Positions 10,652-23,117 of a stretch of 64,000 bases of DNA are shown here, piece after piece; the first letter of the stretch is position 1; the number at the start of each line of letters is the position of its first letter. The notes beneath the pieces were generated by a model that saw only the letters and a program-made list of their open reading frames with translations, was not told where the DNA came from and ran no database searches. The position numbers were made by a program, and so were the translations under genes. This DNA is from Neophaeotheca triangularis. Taxonomy: Eukaryota. The stretch is taken from assembly GCA_054600435.1 (NCBI GenBank), contig BAAIJX010000003.1:186001-250000 (forward strand). The letters run 5' to 3'.

Positions 10652-13600
10652 TTAAAACAAGCCATCAATCTCGCCAGTCTCGCCATCAACCTCGACATTC
10701 AAGTAGCCAGGCGCAGTGGGCAAACCGGGAATTGTCTGGATATCCGCAGCCAGAGCGAAGAGGTAACCAGCGCCGGCGGCCATGCGCACATCCTTGATGG
10801 GGATGGTGAAGCCGGTCGGTGCGCCCTTGAGTGCCGCATCGTGGGAGAGCGAGTACTGCGTCTTCGCGATGCAAATGGGCAGCTTGTCGAGCCCCTGCTT
10901 CTGGTAAGTCTCGAGCTTCTTCTGGGCGACGTCGCTGAACTCGACGCCGGCGGCGCCGTACATGTTCTGCGCGATGGATTCGATGCGCTGCTGCACGGTG
11001 CCGTTGAGGTCATAGAGCAGTTTGAAGTCTTCGGGCTTGGAGTCGTTGCTGGCTTTGATGACGCCCTTCGCGAGATCGACGGCGCCCTTGCCGCCCTCGG
11101 CGAAGTGGTTGGCCGCGATGGCGTCTTCGGCGCCGGCCGCAATGGCTTCCTCGCGGATCACGTCGACTTCGGCTTGGGTGTCGGTGGAGAACTTGTTGAT
11201 GGCCACGACGACCTTGACGCCGTACTGCTTGGCGTTTTGAATTTGCTTGCGAAGGTTGACGCAGCCGGCGCGGAGGGTCTCGACATTCTCCGTGCGGTAG
11301 ACTTCTGCGAGTTGTTCGCCAGGCTTGATTTCCGGGCCGCCACCATGAACCTTGAGGGCGCGGACAGTCGCGACGAGAACGGCAACGTCAGGGACCAAAC
11401 CAGAGTTGCGGCACTTGATGTTCATGAAGCGCTCGCCGCCCATGGTGAAGTCGAAGCCGGCTTCAGTGACGACGAAACCGGCCTTCTCGTTGTGGTCTTC
11501 GTCGGGCTCAGAGCCTGCAAGTTTCAGAGCGACTCGGTCGGCGATGATGCTGCTGTTTCCGATAGAGATGTTGGCGAAGGGACCGGCGTGGACGAAGACG
11601 GGTGTGCCTTCGAGCGTTTGCATGAGGTTGGGCTTGATGGCATCCTTCATCAAAGCGGTGAGAGCACCACCGGCGCCAATGTCGTCGGCAGTCACCGGGT
11701 CGCCAGCGCGAGAGGAGGCAACGACCATACGGCCGAGACGCTCACGCATGTCGGAGAGGGATGTGGAGAGCGCGAGAACGGCCATGCATTCGGAGGCGAC
11801 GGAGATGTCGAACCCGGTCTGTCTGGGTTCTTGCTTGGATTCAGATGGAGCTTGGCCGATTGTGATGCCACGAAGATGTCTGTCGTTGACGTCGAGCACA
11901 CGACGCCAGGTGATTGTCTCTGGGTCAATGTCAAGACGGGCGAACTTGCTGTATTCCTCTTCGGTCAGATCGTCAGGATTGGTCTTGTTGATTCCTAGCT
12001 TTTGAAGACGCTTGTACATGACGGGCACGAACTCGCGCTTGCCCTTCTTTGCAGGTACTAGACGGCGGTAAAGGGGGCCGTCCTTCTGTGTCGCTTCGTG
12101 GTACATGCGGGTGTCGATGGCGGCAGCGAGGAGGTTGTTGGCGGCGGTGATGGCGTGGATGTCACCTGTCAAGTGCAAGTTGAACTCGTCCATGGGGATG
12201 ACCTGACTGTAACCGCCACCAGCTGCACCACCCTTGATACCAAAGGTTGGGCCCTGAGATGGCTGCCTGACGTTGGCAAAGGCGATGCGGCCAAGGTGAC
12301 CAGCCAGAGCTTGCGTGAGACCAATCGTGGTGGTCGATTTGCCCTCGCCGAGGGGAGTGGGCGTAATACCAGCGACCAAAACGTACTTGCCGTTCCTCCT
12401 GTGCTGCAATCGGTCTAGCACGTCCAGGGAGACCTTGGCCTTGTACGCTCCGAAAGGCTCCAACTCAACCGGGGTGATGCCAATCTCTGAGGCGACCCTG
12501 TTGATCAGCTTGGGGTGTTGGCCCCTGCTTATAGCAATGTCGCTGGGCACGTTGTCCTGAATCCGCAGGGGTAGAGGCGTAATCTTCCTGCTCTTCTCAC
12601 GCTCAAAGGCCGTAGTAGCAGCATCAACCACGTTCTGCATCAGCATGGCCACGGTCATAGGTCCAACACCGCCGGGGACAGGGGTGATTTGGCTCGCGAC
12701 CTCCATAGCGCTCTGAGTGTCGACATCTCCGACCAGCCTCTGTCCGCTCTTCTTGGTGTCGTCGGGCACAAAGTTCGTCCCGACGTCCACGACCACGGCT
12801 CCCTTCTTCAACCACTCTCCTTTGACAAACCCAGCCTTGCCAATGGCCGCGACAACAATATCGGCTTCCTTGACAATCGCTTCCATATTCTTGGTCCTGG
12901 AATGGCAAACGGTAACCGTGGCATCCGCATTTCTCAGCAAGTAGCTGACGGGAGCACCAACGATATCGCTCCTGCCCAAGACGACCGCGTTCTTGCCGGC
13001 AACCTCGACGCCCGCCTCTTTCAACAGCACCATGACACCCTTGGGCGTGCAAGGCACAAAAAGCGGCTTCCCGCCCTTCTTGGCGAGCTCGCCAATATTC
13101 GGCCCTCCGAAACCATCCACATCCTTCTCATCCGCGACCGCGCTGGTAATGGCGTACTCATCGATACCCTTCGGCAGCGGCAGCTGCACCAGCATACCAT
13201 GGACAGCGGGATCGTTGTTGAAAGCCTCAATCTTCTCCAAGAGCTCGATTTCGGAGATGTCGGTGTAGTGCTCGAGGCGGCAGTCAATGTTGGCCTCCTC
13301 GGCGGCTTTGAGCTTCATCTTGACATAGGTGCTGCTGTCGCTGCGGTCGCCAACCTGGATAATGACGAGGCTGGGCTTGAAGCGTGGGTTCGCGGCTTGC
13401 TTGGTCGCGATTTCAGAGTTAAGGCGCTCGCGGATTGTTTTGGCAATGGCCGTTCCGTCAATCTTGGTGGCCGCCATTGTGTGAGCTGTGGCGGAGAAGA
13501 GGCGGCGGGAGGAGGGGTGGTGGGTGTAGGAGTAGGAATGGGGGAGTGCGGATGTGGATGTGGTTGTGGTAGTGGGGGAGGAGAGGTTGGGGCTCAGATA

Positions 13601-13705
13601 ATGCGCTGAGGGGAGGTGGGATGATTTTGTTGGATCGACAAGGTAGCTGCGCCGAGATGGCAGAAAAGCTGCTCTGCCTCGGGTGGAAGACAACAATCTC
13701 TGCAT
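10652..13705 (-). CDS. ADE3: Trifunctional C1-tetrahydrofolate synthase (ADE3/MIS1 type), intronless, with N-terminal presequence
   Basis: KDVDG, PCTPKG, GRSDIVG and TPVPGGVGPMTVAML (dehydrogenase/cyclohydrolase). ITPTPLGEGKSTT, FNLHLTGDIHA, HAGPFANI and TEAGF (formyl-THF synthetase). Confidence 0.96.
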   Translation of the reverse strand: MQRLLSSTRGRAAFLPSRRSYLVDPTKSSHLPSAHYLSPNLSSPTTTTTSTSALPHSYSYTHHPSSRRLFSATAHTMAATKIDGTAIAKTIRERLNSEIATKQAANPRFKPSLVIIQVGDRSDSSTYVKMKLKAAEEANIDCRLEHYTDISEIELLEKIEAFNNDPAVHGMLVQLPLPKGIDEYAITSAVADEKDVDGFGGPNIGELAKKGGKPLFVPCTPKGVMVLLKEAGVEVAGKNAVVLGRSDIVGAPVSYLLRNADATVTVCHSRTKNMEAIVKEADIVVAAIGKAGFVKGEWLKKGAVVVDVGTNFVPDDTKKSGQRLVGDVDTQSAMEVASQITPVPGGVGPMTVAMLMQNVVDAATTAFEREKSRKITPLPLRIQDNVPSDIAISRGQHPKLINRVASEIGITPVELEPFGAYKAKVSLDVLDRLQHRRNGKYVLVAGITPTPLGEGKSTTTIGLTQALAGHLGRIAFANVRQPSQGPTFGIKGGAAGGGYSQVIPMDEFNLHLTGDIHAITAANNLLAAAIDTRMYHEATQKDGPLYRRLVPAKKGKREFVPVMYKRLQKLGINKTNPDDLTEEEYSKFARLDIDPETITWRRVLDVNDRHLRGITIGQAPSESKQEPRQTGFDISVASECMAVLALSTSLSDMRERLGRMVVASSRAGDPVTADDIGAGGALTALMKDAIKPNLMQTLEGTPVFVHAGPFANISIGNSSIIADRVALKLAGSEPDEDHNEKAGFVVTEAGFDFTMGGERFMNIKCRNSGLVPDVAVLVATVRALKVHGGGPEIKPGEQLAEVYRTENVETLRAGCVNLRKQIQNAKQYGVKVVVAINKFSTDTQAEVDVIREEAIAAGAEDAIAANHFAEGGKGAVDLAKGVIKASNDSKPEDFKLLYDLNGTVQQRIESIAQNMYGAAGVEFSDVAQKKLETYQKQGLDKLPICIAKTQYSLSHDAALKGAPTGFTIPIKDVRMAAGAGYLFALAADIQTIPGLPTAPGYLNVEVDGETGEIDGLF

Positions 13706-14177
13706 CTGAAGCGAGTGTCTACTTTTATATCGTCTCGTAGCGAGCGTGGGGAGACCTTCAAAGAGTACTTAATGTGAGATGGAGAATGAGAGAATGTGAA
13801 AATATACTCGTTTGGGATGCCCTATACGCGGTACAATGCGGTGGTCCGTGAGGATAAACTAGGTATCGACTTCCCGGCTCTTCAAGCAATTCTTGTGTCA
13901 TGCCTGAGGCCACCTTTTAGTTTTTGTTACTCATCCGAAGCCTACTGGTCATAACGGTGCCACTGCAATGTTGTGAAGTGAGAGAGAGAGATGAATGTCG
14001 TTGCTTGCTTGCTGGTCAGACCTTGTTATTGTTGTTGTTGTTGTTAGTTGACTGCCCTCGCCTTCTGTGCACGTAAAAGTAGATGTGGAACCATCGCTAC
14101 GTCCCTCCCAACCTCCCAACCGTCCAAAGCGCCTTTACTCCCGCAATACAACCCCCCCCCCTCACGTACTAGACTTC

Positions 14178-14990
14178 TCACATGGCCATCTCAGCCTGCA
14201 GCTTCCTGAGCTCCTCTTCCTCGTCGTCTTCCTCCTTACGTTGCGCCCGGGTTGTCGCTGCACATGAACATTAGTAAAAGCACTTCCTTTCCCAAACTCA
14301 AAGTAGCACTCACGTTCTCCGACCGGTCTGTCAGGCATACTGCTGATTTGGTCGCCAACAGGCACACTGCCCGTCTTCAGCATCTTCTCATCCAGCTGCT
14401 CCTGCTGCAGACCCTCCAACTCTTCATCCAGCTCATCCTCATCCACACCCTGGCCCACAGAGCCCTGCGTCAAAGCCTCAGCAATCTCCTCGCCAATCGC
14501 ATGCTGTTCTCTTAGATCCTCCATCGTCTGATCCACCTTGTCAATTGTCAGGCCGCCGTGGATGTTCTTCATAGCCGATGAAGCGTTCTTCATCGCGTCC
14601 AGAGTCTCCTTGTTGATGTTCGCCGTCTCGATGCTGCTGATCTCACGTTCCACCGTCATCATCTGACTACTCGTCTGTTCAAGCTGGTGCTCGAAAGCCT
14701 TCTTCCGCCGTAGTGCTGCCTTGGCCACTAAAGAAGCACCACAATCAGTACACGTCCACCCTCCTTCACACCCAATCATCCCCTTCCTCTAAGAACTTAC
14801 CAGCCTTATTCGCACTAACATTCTTCCTAGCAATTGCGTCTTGCTCCTCCATCTGATTCATCAAGTGCTTCTCCCGCTTCGACAGCATCTCCAGCGTACT
14901 CCGCAGCCCGAGGATGGCATTCTTGGCACCGTCCTTTTTCGCTTTGCTGCCGCCGCCGCCCCAGAGGTTGCCGAAGCCCCAGCCTGACAT
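14178..14990 (-). CDS. SNF7: ESCRT-III subunit Snf7/Vps32
   Basis: Exons 14990-14801, 14727-14314 and 14257-14178. AKAALRRKK, IETANINKETL, LTIDKVDQTM, DEDELDEEL, terminal EEELRKLQAEMAM*. Confidence 0.95.
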
Positions 14991-15545
14991 TCTTTTCGTC
15001 CGCTGCTGCCGGTGTGTGCCAGAGATATTTGCGATGCGGGCGGCGTGTCGGGTGGCGTGGATGTCGTTGTTGCGGTGTGGTTGCTGGTGGGCGCTACTCG
15101 TGGAAAGGCGTGGATGTGGGGAGAAAGCTCGGTGCTAGGGGTCGGTCTCAGAGGCGTGCACAGGTGTTCGAGCGTTGTTTTTTTCTCGGATGGATCGGTG
15201 TCCGTAGGTGATTAAATGGTCTCTTTGAGGTATTGTCGAGCTTGATGGTATGCGTGAAGGTCGGGACGTCCTGTATCAGTCGCAGATAGGACAGCCGTAT
15301 GACGTTTGAGCCACGCCAAGACAGCTGCAACTTCGTCGCGTGGGGCAGTCGCCTGGCCTTCAGGGCTGGGCTAGCTGGCTGGTGAGACTCGACACTACTG
15401 AAGTAGTGAAGCACAACACTCTGCGATACCAATTTCGAACATGAACTCCTAATGAGTGCCGGCGAATGAATACTGAGACAGAACATAATTAGAACTCCAA
15501 CCACCACCATCACTGTCAACCCTTAAATACTTTGTTCCTCCCATA

Positions 15546-16030
15546 ATGCCGCAGCCTAGCCATCTAGTCCTCCTAGAACAGCTGCCTACACAACCCCCAG
15601 GCACCAAAGTCCGCTTCCTCGGATGGTGCGTCTCCCATACCTCTTCTAGTCTTCTACATTCCACCCCGTCTGATACCTTGCCCCAAACAGTGTCCACGCC
15701 TATGACCCTGTTACTGCGACCCTAGACCTGAAATCCCGCTTCCCGGCCACCTCCCCCGACAACCCCAGCGCCAGCGTCGATGTTTCCGCCATCGTTGACG
15801 GTTTGGATCATGAACTTCTTCAGACTGGCGCCTGGGTGAATGTCATGGGTGATCTTGACGGCGTAGCGAAGACGTCGGGTTCTTCTTCGAAATCTAAGCG
15901 GAAAGCTGCTGGCCCTCCTCCTCCGCCAAAGATACTCGCTTCCATGATCTGGTCGGCTGGCGTCGTTGATGCTGAGAGGTATGCCGATGCTGTGAGGGCG
16001 TATCAGAAACCTTTGGCGGACATGGGATGA
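15546..16030 (+). CDS. TEN1: Telomere-capping CST complex subunit Ten1 (OB fold)
   Basis: Exon 15546-15625 (MPQPSHLVLLEQL..GTKVRFLG) plus 15691-16030 (CVHAYD..L.L..VDVS..LQTGAWVNVMG) matches the pattern I recall for filamentous-fungal Ten1. The first exon is missing from the ORF track. Confidence 0.78.
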
Positions 16031-16542
16031 TAGGGCTAGCTGTGCCTCCTGGCACGGCCTGAGCTTTGTTCGCCAACGCTCCCTTCAGAGGAAACCTTGT
16101 CCGCTGCCTCCTGTCAGACTGGCTCTAGGACGACGGGCAAATACGATCAGCCACGCCGGGGAATTACAAGCCCAAAGCAGTCATAGAGAATCATTTCGCT
16201 TTTGACAAGACGGCCTGGATCCTGGGTTGTGAGAATGAGCTGCAGCAGAGCTCCAAGGTACCCCGACTTTCCCCGCAAACCTTCCGAAGCCACCCGGGAG
16301 GGACGGGCATATAGCGGATGCCAGACGTCTACGAGATGCGTTTGTCGTAATGCGTCAAGCTTCCTCTTGGGGTTTGAAAGTTGGGGAAACCGCAAGCTTA
16401 GCCCTCGATTCTTCTCACTTCCTAGCGCGACGAAAACGCAGCAAGGGCCAGCAGCTAGCGGAGGGCCGTTTCCTCAACTCGATTCCAACTTCTGAGTGCT
16501 TTGTTCGATGCTTCACATGTCTTCAAACCGGTGTCCAGGATT

Positions 16543-17334
16543 TCATGGCTCTTCCCATGGCAAATTCCCAGCGAACATCTCCCTCTCGCTCTCTCCGCCC
16601 TTCCAGTGCAACAAGTCCACAATTTCCTGCTCTACCCCTTGCCCGACCCTGTCCAGAACCTCTTCACTCCAACACCTTTCCCTTCGCTTCCCGCCCAGAA
16701 GCGCCCCAGCCCCATACGGGTCCTTTTCAAAAGGCACCATCCCCCTCTCCCTCTCCCCTTGCTCAACCTCCCTCAACTCCTCTCCCGTAAAAGGCGGATT
16801 AATACCCCAAACCCTCAATCGCCCCAAAGGCCACTTAATCGCCACAGCATGCAGCTGACAAAATCTCTCAGCTTTGAAAGCATGCGTCACAACCGTCACA
16901 GTAGCCGGATACGCTCCCACGACCCGCCTGAATTCCAAGATTGAGAAAAGCAAGTTCTGAAAACTGTCCGTCGCATTCTCCTCCAGAAAAATGCGCCCCT
17001 TCACCCCCTGATCCATCCCCGCTTCCTCCTCGGCGCGTAGAACGTCCCAGTACCCTCTCGCCTCACTCACATCACAACCGGCTCTCGTACGCCCGCCGCT
17101 GAAAACCAACAGCGCTTTGGGATCTGAGCGCAGGGCTCGGCAGCCGGTCAGAATGTGCTGAATGAAGGTCTCGTGCTCACTTGGTTTGGAGTTCAGGGTT
17201 TTGGATTTTTGGAACGGCGCCAGTAGCCATTGGGACTCGTCTGAGGGGTTGACGGCCGATGGGTTGGCGGGTCTGAGGTAGGTGGCGTGGCCGCAGACTA
17301 GAATTAGTGAGGTGCATTGGGCTGTTGTGGACAT
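16543..17334 (-). CDS. DUF218-domain protein (YOR238W-like)
   Basis: LILVCGHA, LLVFSGGRT, SEARGY, EENATDSFQNLLFS, VVTHAFKAERF and DPYG motifs; intronless, 263 aa. Confidence 0.78.
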   Translation of the reverse strand: MSTTAQCTSLILVCGHATYLRPANPSAVNPSDESQWLLAPFQKSKTLNSKPSEHETFIQHILTGCRALRSDPKALLVFSGGRTRAGCDVSEARGYWDVLRAEEEAGMDQGVKGRIFLEENATDSFQNLLFSILEFRRVVGAYPATVTVVTHAFKAERFCQLHAVAIKWPLGRLRVWGINPPFTGEELREVEQGERERGMVPFEKDPYGAGALLGGKRRERCWSEEVLDRVGQGVEQEIVDLLHWKGGESEREMFAGNLPWEEP

Positions 17335-18270
17335 GGTGGCGGAGATGGGGTGGTGAGGGGATGGTGTTTATGTTTTGGGGGGCCGTGGGCTTTTTGCCTC
17401 TTCCACGGCTAGTTGTTTGATATACTAATGTTTTTTCTGAAGAGGTTTGACGTGGGACTACGGCATGTCGTTGGACGGGCTTGGTTTGTTCGGTGCAGCT
17501 TGAGCATGACCTAATGACGAGGCGAACTACTAGGAGTAGCACCGAACGGAGAGGCCGCAAGCTGTCGTGGCTGAAGAAACCGAGAAGCGTTGTAAGGCAC
17601 TATTTCGGGAGGGACTAGCAAGTAGGTACAGTAGCAACGGTTCCACTGATTCGTGTTCTGGGGAAGTGTTGCGTGGCTGTGCGGATAGGATGGATGGGTA
17701 CGTCACGTGATACGTGAAGAACGAGATGAAGTTGGTACAAAGCTGCCAGACATTTACATAGCAAGGCAGTAGTAATTATTGAATGTGGCGGAGACAACAT
17801 TAGACGGTTTCTCTTCCCTTCTCAAATAAAGCTCTTTAATCTACATGAACATAACTACGTACATAGCTAAGTTAGGTACCTAGATTAGATCATCTCTGTC
17901 ACGTGCTACCTCACCCTCGTGCAGGCGTCAATCTGAAACACGACAGCTCTTCTTGGTTAGGGTCGTTAGGGTTGGCCAGGCCAGTCGTGGCCAGTCATCA
18001 ATCCCCGCGTCAAGATCCACAGGGCGGGCAGGGTCCCGTCCCTTCTCCCAGCCTCACAGGCTACAGCGCCAAGCATCCGATCCACGCTTCTTTGTCTTTG
18101 AACCCCAGCTACCAGCTAGGTACCTACTCCTTTTCCCATTGTGACCTCTCTCATCCTCGACGACACCTCCGACTTACGCCACGCGACCCGTTCTCCACGC
18201 CAACATTTCCATCACAACTACCTATCAGTCATTCGTTTTGCCAGCAAACATACCCTGTCACTAGCCCACC

Positions 18271-21144
18271 ATGGCCTACCAAGGAGGTGGAGGTTATGGA
18301 GGAGACCCACGAGACCATGGAATGAACAATCTGCCCCCTCAAAATGTACGCATCCCTTCATGTGAGACATGCATGCAAACAACACACGACACTGACTTGA
18401 CCACTCCATCAGCAACCATATGCTCCCCAAGGACGAGACAGCGACGACGAAGAGGCCGAACGCTCACTGCTCAGAACAGGCCCCTTTCAAGGCCCCTTTG
18501 ACGATCCCCACAGTCGCGGAGGAACGCCAGGCGCCCACGACACCACCGGCTACAACCTCGAAGAATCCTACATGGGTGCCGGCAATCGCGCGCCGCCCTT
18601 CAACGGCTATGAAGAAGATACCGGCTACACAGGCACTACCCTCCAGGACCCCGGCTACGGCCCTCCTGACCGAGTCGCCAGCCCTTATGCACCAAGCGAG
18701 ACCAGCACCGAAGCATGGAGACAGCGTCAAGCCCCCGGTGGACCTATGGCGCAGGCCGGGTTGAAGCGTAATGCTACGCGTAAGGTCAAGTTGGTGCAGG
18801 GTGCAGTGTTGAGCGCAGACTATCCGGTGCCCTCTGCCATTCAAAACGCAGTGCAGGCAAAGTATCGCAACGATCTCGAGAGCGGTAGCGAGGAGTTTAC
18901 CCACATGCGCTACACCGCTGCCACGTGCGATCCCAACGACTTCACCCTGAAGAACGGTTACAATCTCCGTCCGGCCATGTATAACAGACACACCGAGCTG
19001 CTGATTGCCATCACCTACTACAACGAGGACAAGACACTCACGGCGCGCACGTTACACGGTGTCATGCAGAATATCCGCGACATTGTCAACATCAAGAAGT
19101 CAGAGTTTTGGAACAAGGGCGGTCCCGCGTGGCAGAAGATTGTGGTCGCACTGGTCTTTGACGGTATAGATCCTTGCGACAAGGGCACGCTGGATGTGCT
19201 GGCTACGATTGGTATCTTCCAAGACGGCATCATGAAGAGGGATATTGATGGGAAAGAGACGGTGGCACACATTTTCGAGTACACTACTCAGCTCTCCGTG
19301 ACGCCGAACCAGCAGCTCGTCAGGCCTTTGGACGAGGGGGCTTCCACCCTTCCACCGGTACAGATGATGTTTTGTTTGAAGCAGAAGAACAGCAAGAAGA
19401 TCAACTCCCACAGGTGGCTGTTTACCGCTTTTGGACGTATCCTGAACCCCGAGATTTGCATCCTGCTGGATGCTGGTACGAAACCCGGTCACAAAGCTCT
19501 GCTGGCGCTGTGGGAGGCTTTCTACAACGATAAGGATCTTGGAGGTGCTTGTGGTGAAATCCACGCTCTGCTTGGTAAAGGCTGGAGGAACCTCGTCAAC
19601 CCGCTGGTCGCATCGCAAAACTTCGAGTACAAAATCTCCAATATCCTGGACAAACCTCTCGAATCGTCGTTTGGTTATGTGTCTGTGCTGCCAGGTGCCT
19701 TCTCCGCTTACCGTTTCCGCGCCATCATGGGTCGGCCACTCGAGCAATACTTCCACGGTGATCACACTCTTTCCAAGCAGCTCGGTCCCAAGGGTATTGA
19801 GGGTATGAACATTTTCAAGAAGAACATGTTCTTGGCCGAGGATCGTATTCTCTGTTTCGAGTTGGTCGCCAAAGCCGGCAGCAAATGGCACCTTACCTAT
19901 GTCAAGGCCTCCAAGGGTGAGACTGACGTACCTGAGGGAGCTGCTGAATTCATCGGACAGAGGAGAAGATGGCTCAACGGATCGTTTGCTGCGACAATCT
20001 ATTCGTTGATGCATTTCGGTCGCATGTACCGGTCTGGACACAACATCATCCGCATGTTCTTCTTCCACATTCAGATGATCTACAATATCTTTACTGTTAC
20101 TCTGGCATGGTTTGCGTTGGGTGAGTGATGACATGCCTTTGCTCGATCGAATTTCAACTAACACAAATCCCAGCATCCTTCTGGCTCACCACAACCGTCA
20201 TTATGGATCTCGTCGGCACCCCATCGACCAGCAACAACAACTCGGCCTTCCCCTTTGGTAATACCGTCACTCCGATTATCAACACGATCCTCAAATACAT
20301 CTACCTTGCCTTCCTACTGCTTCAATTCATCCTCGCCCTCGGCAACCGACCCAAGGGCAGCAGAGCCTCGTACATCGTCTCCTTCGTCGTCTTCGCCGTC
20401 ATCCAACTCTACGTCATAGTGCTTTCAATGTGGCTCGTCGTCAACGCCTTCTCCTCAGAAAACGCAGGCGACCTAGACACCGACAATGGCGCCGACGCCT
20501 TCTTCTCCTCCTTCTTTTCGTCCACAGGCCCAGGCATCATCATCATCGCGCTCGCCGCAACCTTTGGCCTCTACTTCGTCGCCTCTTTCCTCTACCTCGA
20601 CCCCTGGCACATGTTCACCTCCTTCCCGCAATACCTCCTCACCATGTCCAGCTACATCAACATCCTCAACGTCTACGCCTACAGCAACTGGCACGACGTC
20701 AGCTGGGGCACAAAGGGCAGCGACAAAGCCGACGCGCTCCCCTCCGCCACTACTTCCAAAGACGCCGCAGGCAAAGGCATGATCATCGAAGAAGTCGACC
20801 TACCGCAAGCCGACATCGACTCGCAATTCGAGCAAACGGTCAAACGTGCCCTAACCCCTTACGTCGCGCCCAAAGAAGAAACCAAAAAGACTCTCGAAGA
20901 CAGTTACAAGTCTTTCCGCACGCGGCTGGTGACGCTTTGGATTTTCTCAAATGCCCTGCTCGCTGTCGCCATTACTAGCGAGAGTTTCGATAAGTTTGGG
21001 TTCAGTAATGGCGCTACCGATCGGACTGCGAATTTCTTTAGGGCCCTGCTTTGGGCGACTGCCGCACTGAGTTTTGTGCGGTTCTTGGGCTGTTTGTGGT
21101 TTTTGGGTAGGAGTGGGTTGTTGTGTTGTTTTGCTAGGAGGTAG
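18271..21144 (+). CDS. Chitin synthase, class III (ChsB/CHS-1 type)
   Basis: Exons 18271-18345, 18413-20120 and 20174-21144. [44 protein letters not shown]. The C-terminal CCFARR is characteristic of class III. Confidence 0.95.
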
Positions 21145-21763
21145 AGCAGATGTGGGGAGGCGGGGGGAGTAGATGGAAGGGTGTGAGGTGGCGGGTGGGC
21201 CTGGTGTCCGCCCTGCCCGTCTGCCTTTTGGGCGTTTATCTCTATGGTTTTTGGGTGTTGTTGTTGTTGTTGCACTATTCCTGCTTGTTTACCACTTACA
21301 CGAGCGATGGGCAAGCGGAACGATCTCGTTACCTGGCGTGGTTTTCTCTTTCTTCTTTAACCACTCTGCGCGTTGCGTGCGCTTAGCGATCCCGCATGCG
21401 TATGTATGCTGCGGCGTGGCTGCTAAAGCCCGCCGCCTGAGTGGCTTGCTTTCAGGCCTACCTTATCCTGATTGCAGTCCGACGAGGGCTTGTATACCAG
21501 TGTTCCGACCTTCCGCTGTCCTTTTCCGTTTTTCATTGCGTGAGTCGACGGTACAAGTCCTTCGGCCAACGATAGCTCTGCAGAAAATCATAATAGCTTT
21601 CCCCCAAGAAATCTACGCGCTTTCAGCGTACCCTTGCTCTATCGCCGTAGGTGCAAGCCCGCATCCACGTAGAAAACATAATATACACGATGATCCGAGC
21701 ATCAGCTGTGCTCAGAGGATGGAAAAAAAAGAAAGGAAAAATAGAGCTCTTGCAGGCAAAAAG

Positions 21764-21835
21764 AGGTCGCACCCGGAATTGAACCAGGGTCTCCAGAATC
21801 AGAATCTGGCGTCATAACCACTAAACTATGCAACC
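21764..21835 (-). tRNA. tRNA-Gln(CTG), intronless
   Basis: Reverse complement GGTTGCATAGTTTAGTGGTTATGACGCCAGATTCTGATTCTGGAGACCCTGGTTCAATTCCGGGTGCGACCT. Acceptor stem GGTTGCA/TGCGACC, anticodon arm CCAGA-TTCTGAT-TCTGG, T-loop GGTTCAATTCC, downstream T5 Pol III terminator. Confidence 0.97.
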
Positions 21836-23117
21836 TTGCTTAAGCTCGATTGGGCTGACCAATTGAATTGGCTTGTTCGTGTGACATGTTTCCAAAATTT
21901 GTATATATACCTGCAATAAATCTAGTCGAATAGCCTACGGAATAGCTCAAGAAGTGCAAGGGCGGGAATATGGAGACTCGAAAAATTACAAGTCTTGTTA
22001 ATATTCTACCACTTTTGTTACCAAGGACGCTCAACATGTCCGTTCGGCGCGAGTGTGTCGCGTGCGTCGTCGGCAGCGTTCGGGCACATCAAAGCCACGA
22101 CAAACATGAGGACCGAGAAGTTTGGGGCCCCCCTATCTTGCCAGGTTCGAGTTGCTCGCTCGGAAATTGGAAAGCAGGTTTGGCACGTGAAGGACATTTT
22201 AGAGCAGAGGAGCAGAGCAGAGCAGGTATGTTTCTCCAAGGCGATTGGCTTGCCTCTACTACCGAGTTCTTATTCTGCGAAGGCCCTAGGGGGGTAGGGG
22301 GTTCAAGTCCGGTACCCTCGATCTTCTCGCCAGAATAATATGCAGTCGAGCGGGCGCAGAGCAAGGGAGGAGAAGATTGGAGGAGTACAGTAATTATGCA
22401 CTCGGGGCCAGGTCCTCGGTCGGCACTTTCCCAGTCCATAGTAGTAAATTCCCCATCTCCTTGACGCTCGATCCCCGTGTTTAACACTTGTAATGACTTT
22501 AAACCAGATTCAGAGCTGCTCCTGCTTTCGCTGCCTCACTCGACCAGGCACATTCGTCTCTACCTTCCTAGTCACTACCCAGACCGTTTTCACTACTGCC
22601 GAGAGGTCTTTACAAGTTCCGAGTCCGGGAAAGTTTGGTTTGCAGGTGGTGTAGGGTTCGAGTTTGGGCTTGACGCGGGGCTCCTTAATCGAACACAGGC
22701 ATGGCCAGCAGAGTAGTTAGGGACGGCGACGGGTTCCAGTGGTACTCATAATCGCAGACGACTTGCTGTCGTGCTGTCTTGGGTTTCCTTCGGCAACCTT
22801 TGATACCGACGGGGTGATTTTTCAAAATCGACTCAGGGGCACATGAGCGAAAGATCGGTTGAACTGTAAAATGGTAGAAGACTCCATGATAGCAAGACGC
22901 CATCACATCCCCAACCACTCGACACAAACCCAACAGACAGAGTAAAACAAGGTTCAAGATCAGATCACATCTAGGTATCATAAAAAAAAAGCCGGCCCAG
23001 TCAGCACCACTTATGCCTCAAACCAAACCCCCCCCCACCTGATCAACCAAACCCCTTGCTCACCACAAAAACGCTCCAAAAACCCCTCACCCGGACCCAC
23101 GAACATTGTAACAATCA

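Noticed and set aside
10604..13609. Long plus-strand ORFs (464 aa, 306 aa) opposite the C1-THF synthase
   Set aside because: Antisense shadows of a codon-biased, GC-rich gene; no recognisable motifs.
6435..13910. GCCTNAGGC palindromes at about 6435 and 13902 in promoter regions
   Set aside because: Only two clear copies; may be a general promoter element but cannot be separated from chance within this window.
19100..20176. 358-aa minus-strand ORF inside chitin synthase (likewise 6581-7522 inside GET3)
   Set aside because: Antisense shadows of well-supported conserved genes.
21173..21817. 214-aa ORF after chitin synthase
   Set aside because: Spans the CHS 3' UTR and overlaps the tRNA gene; composition is UTR-like.
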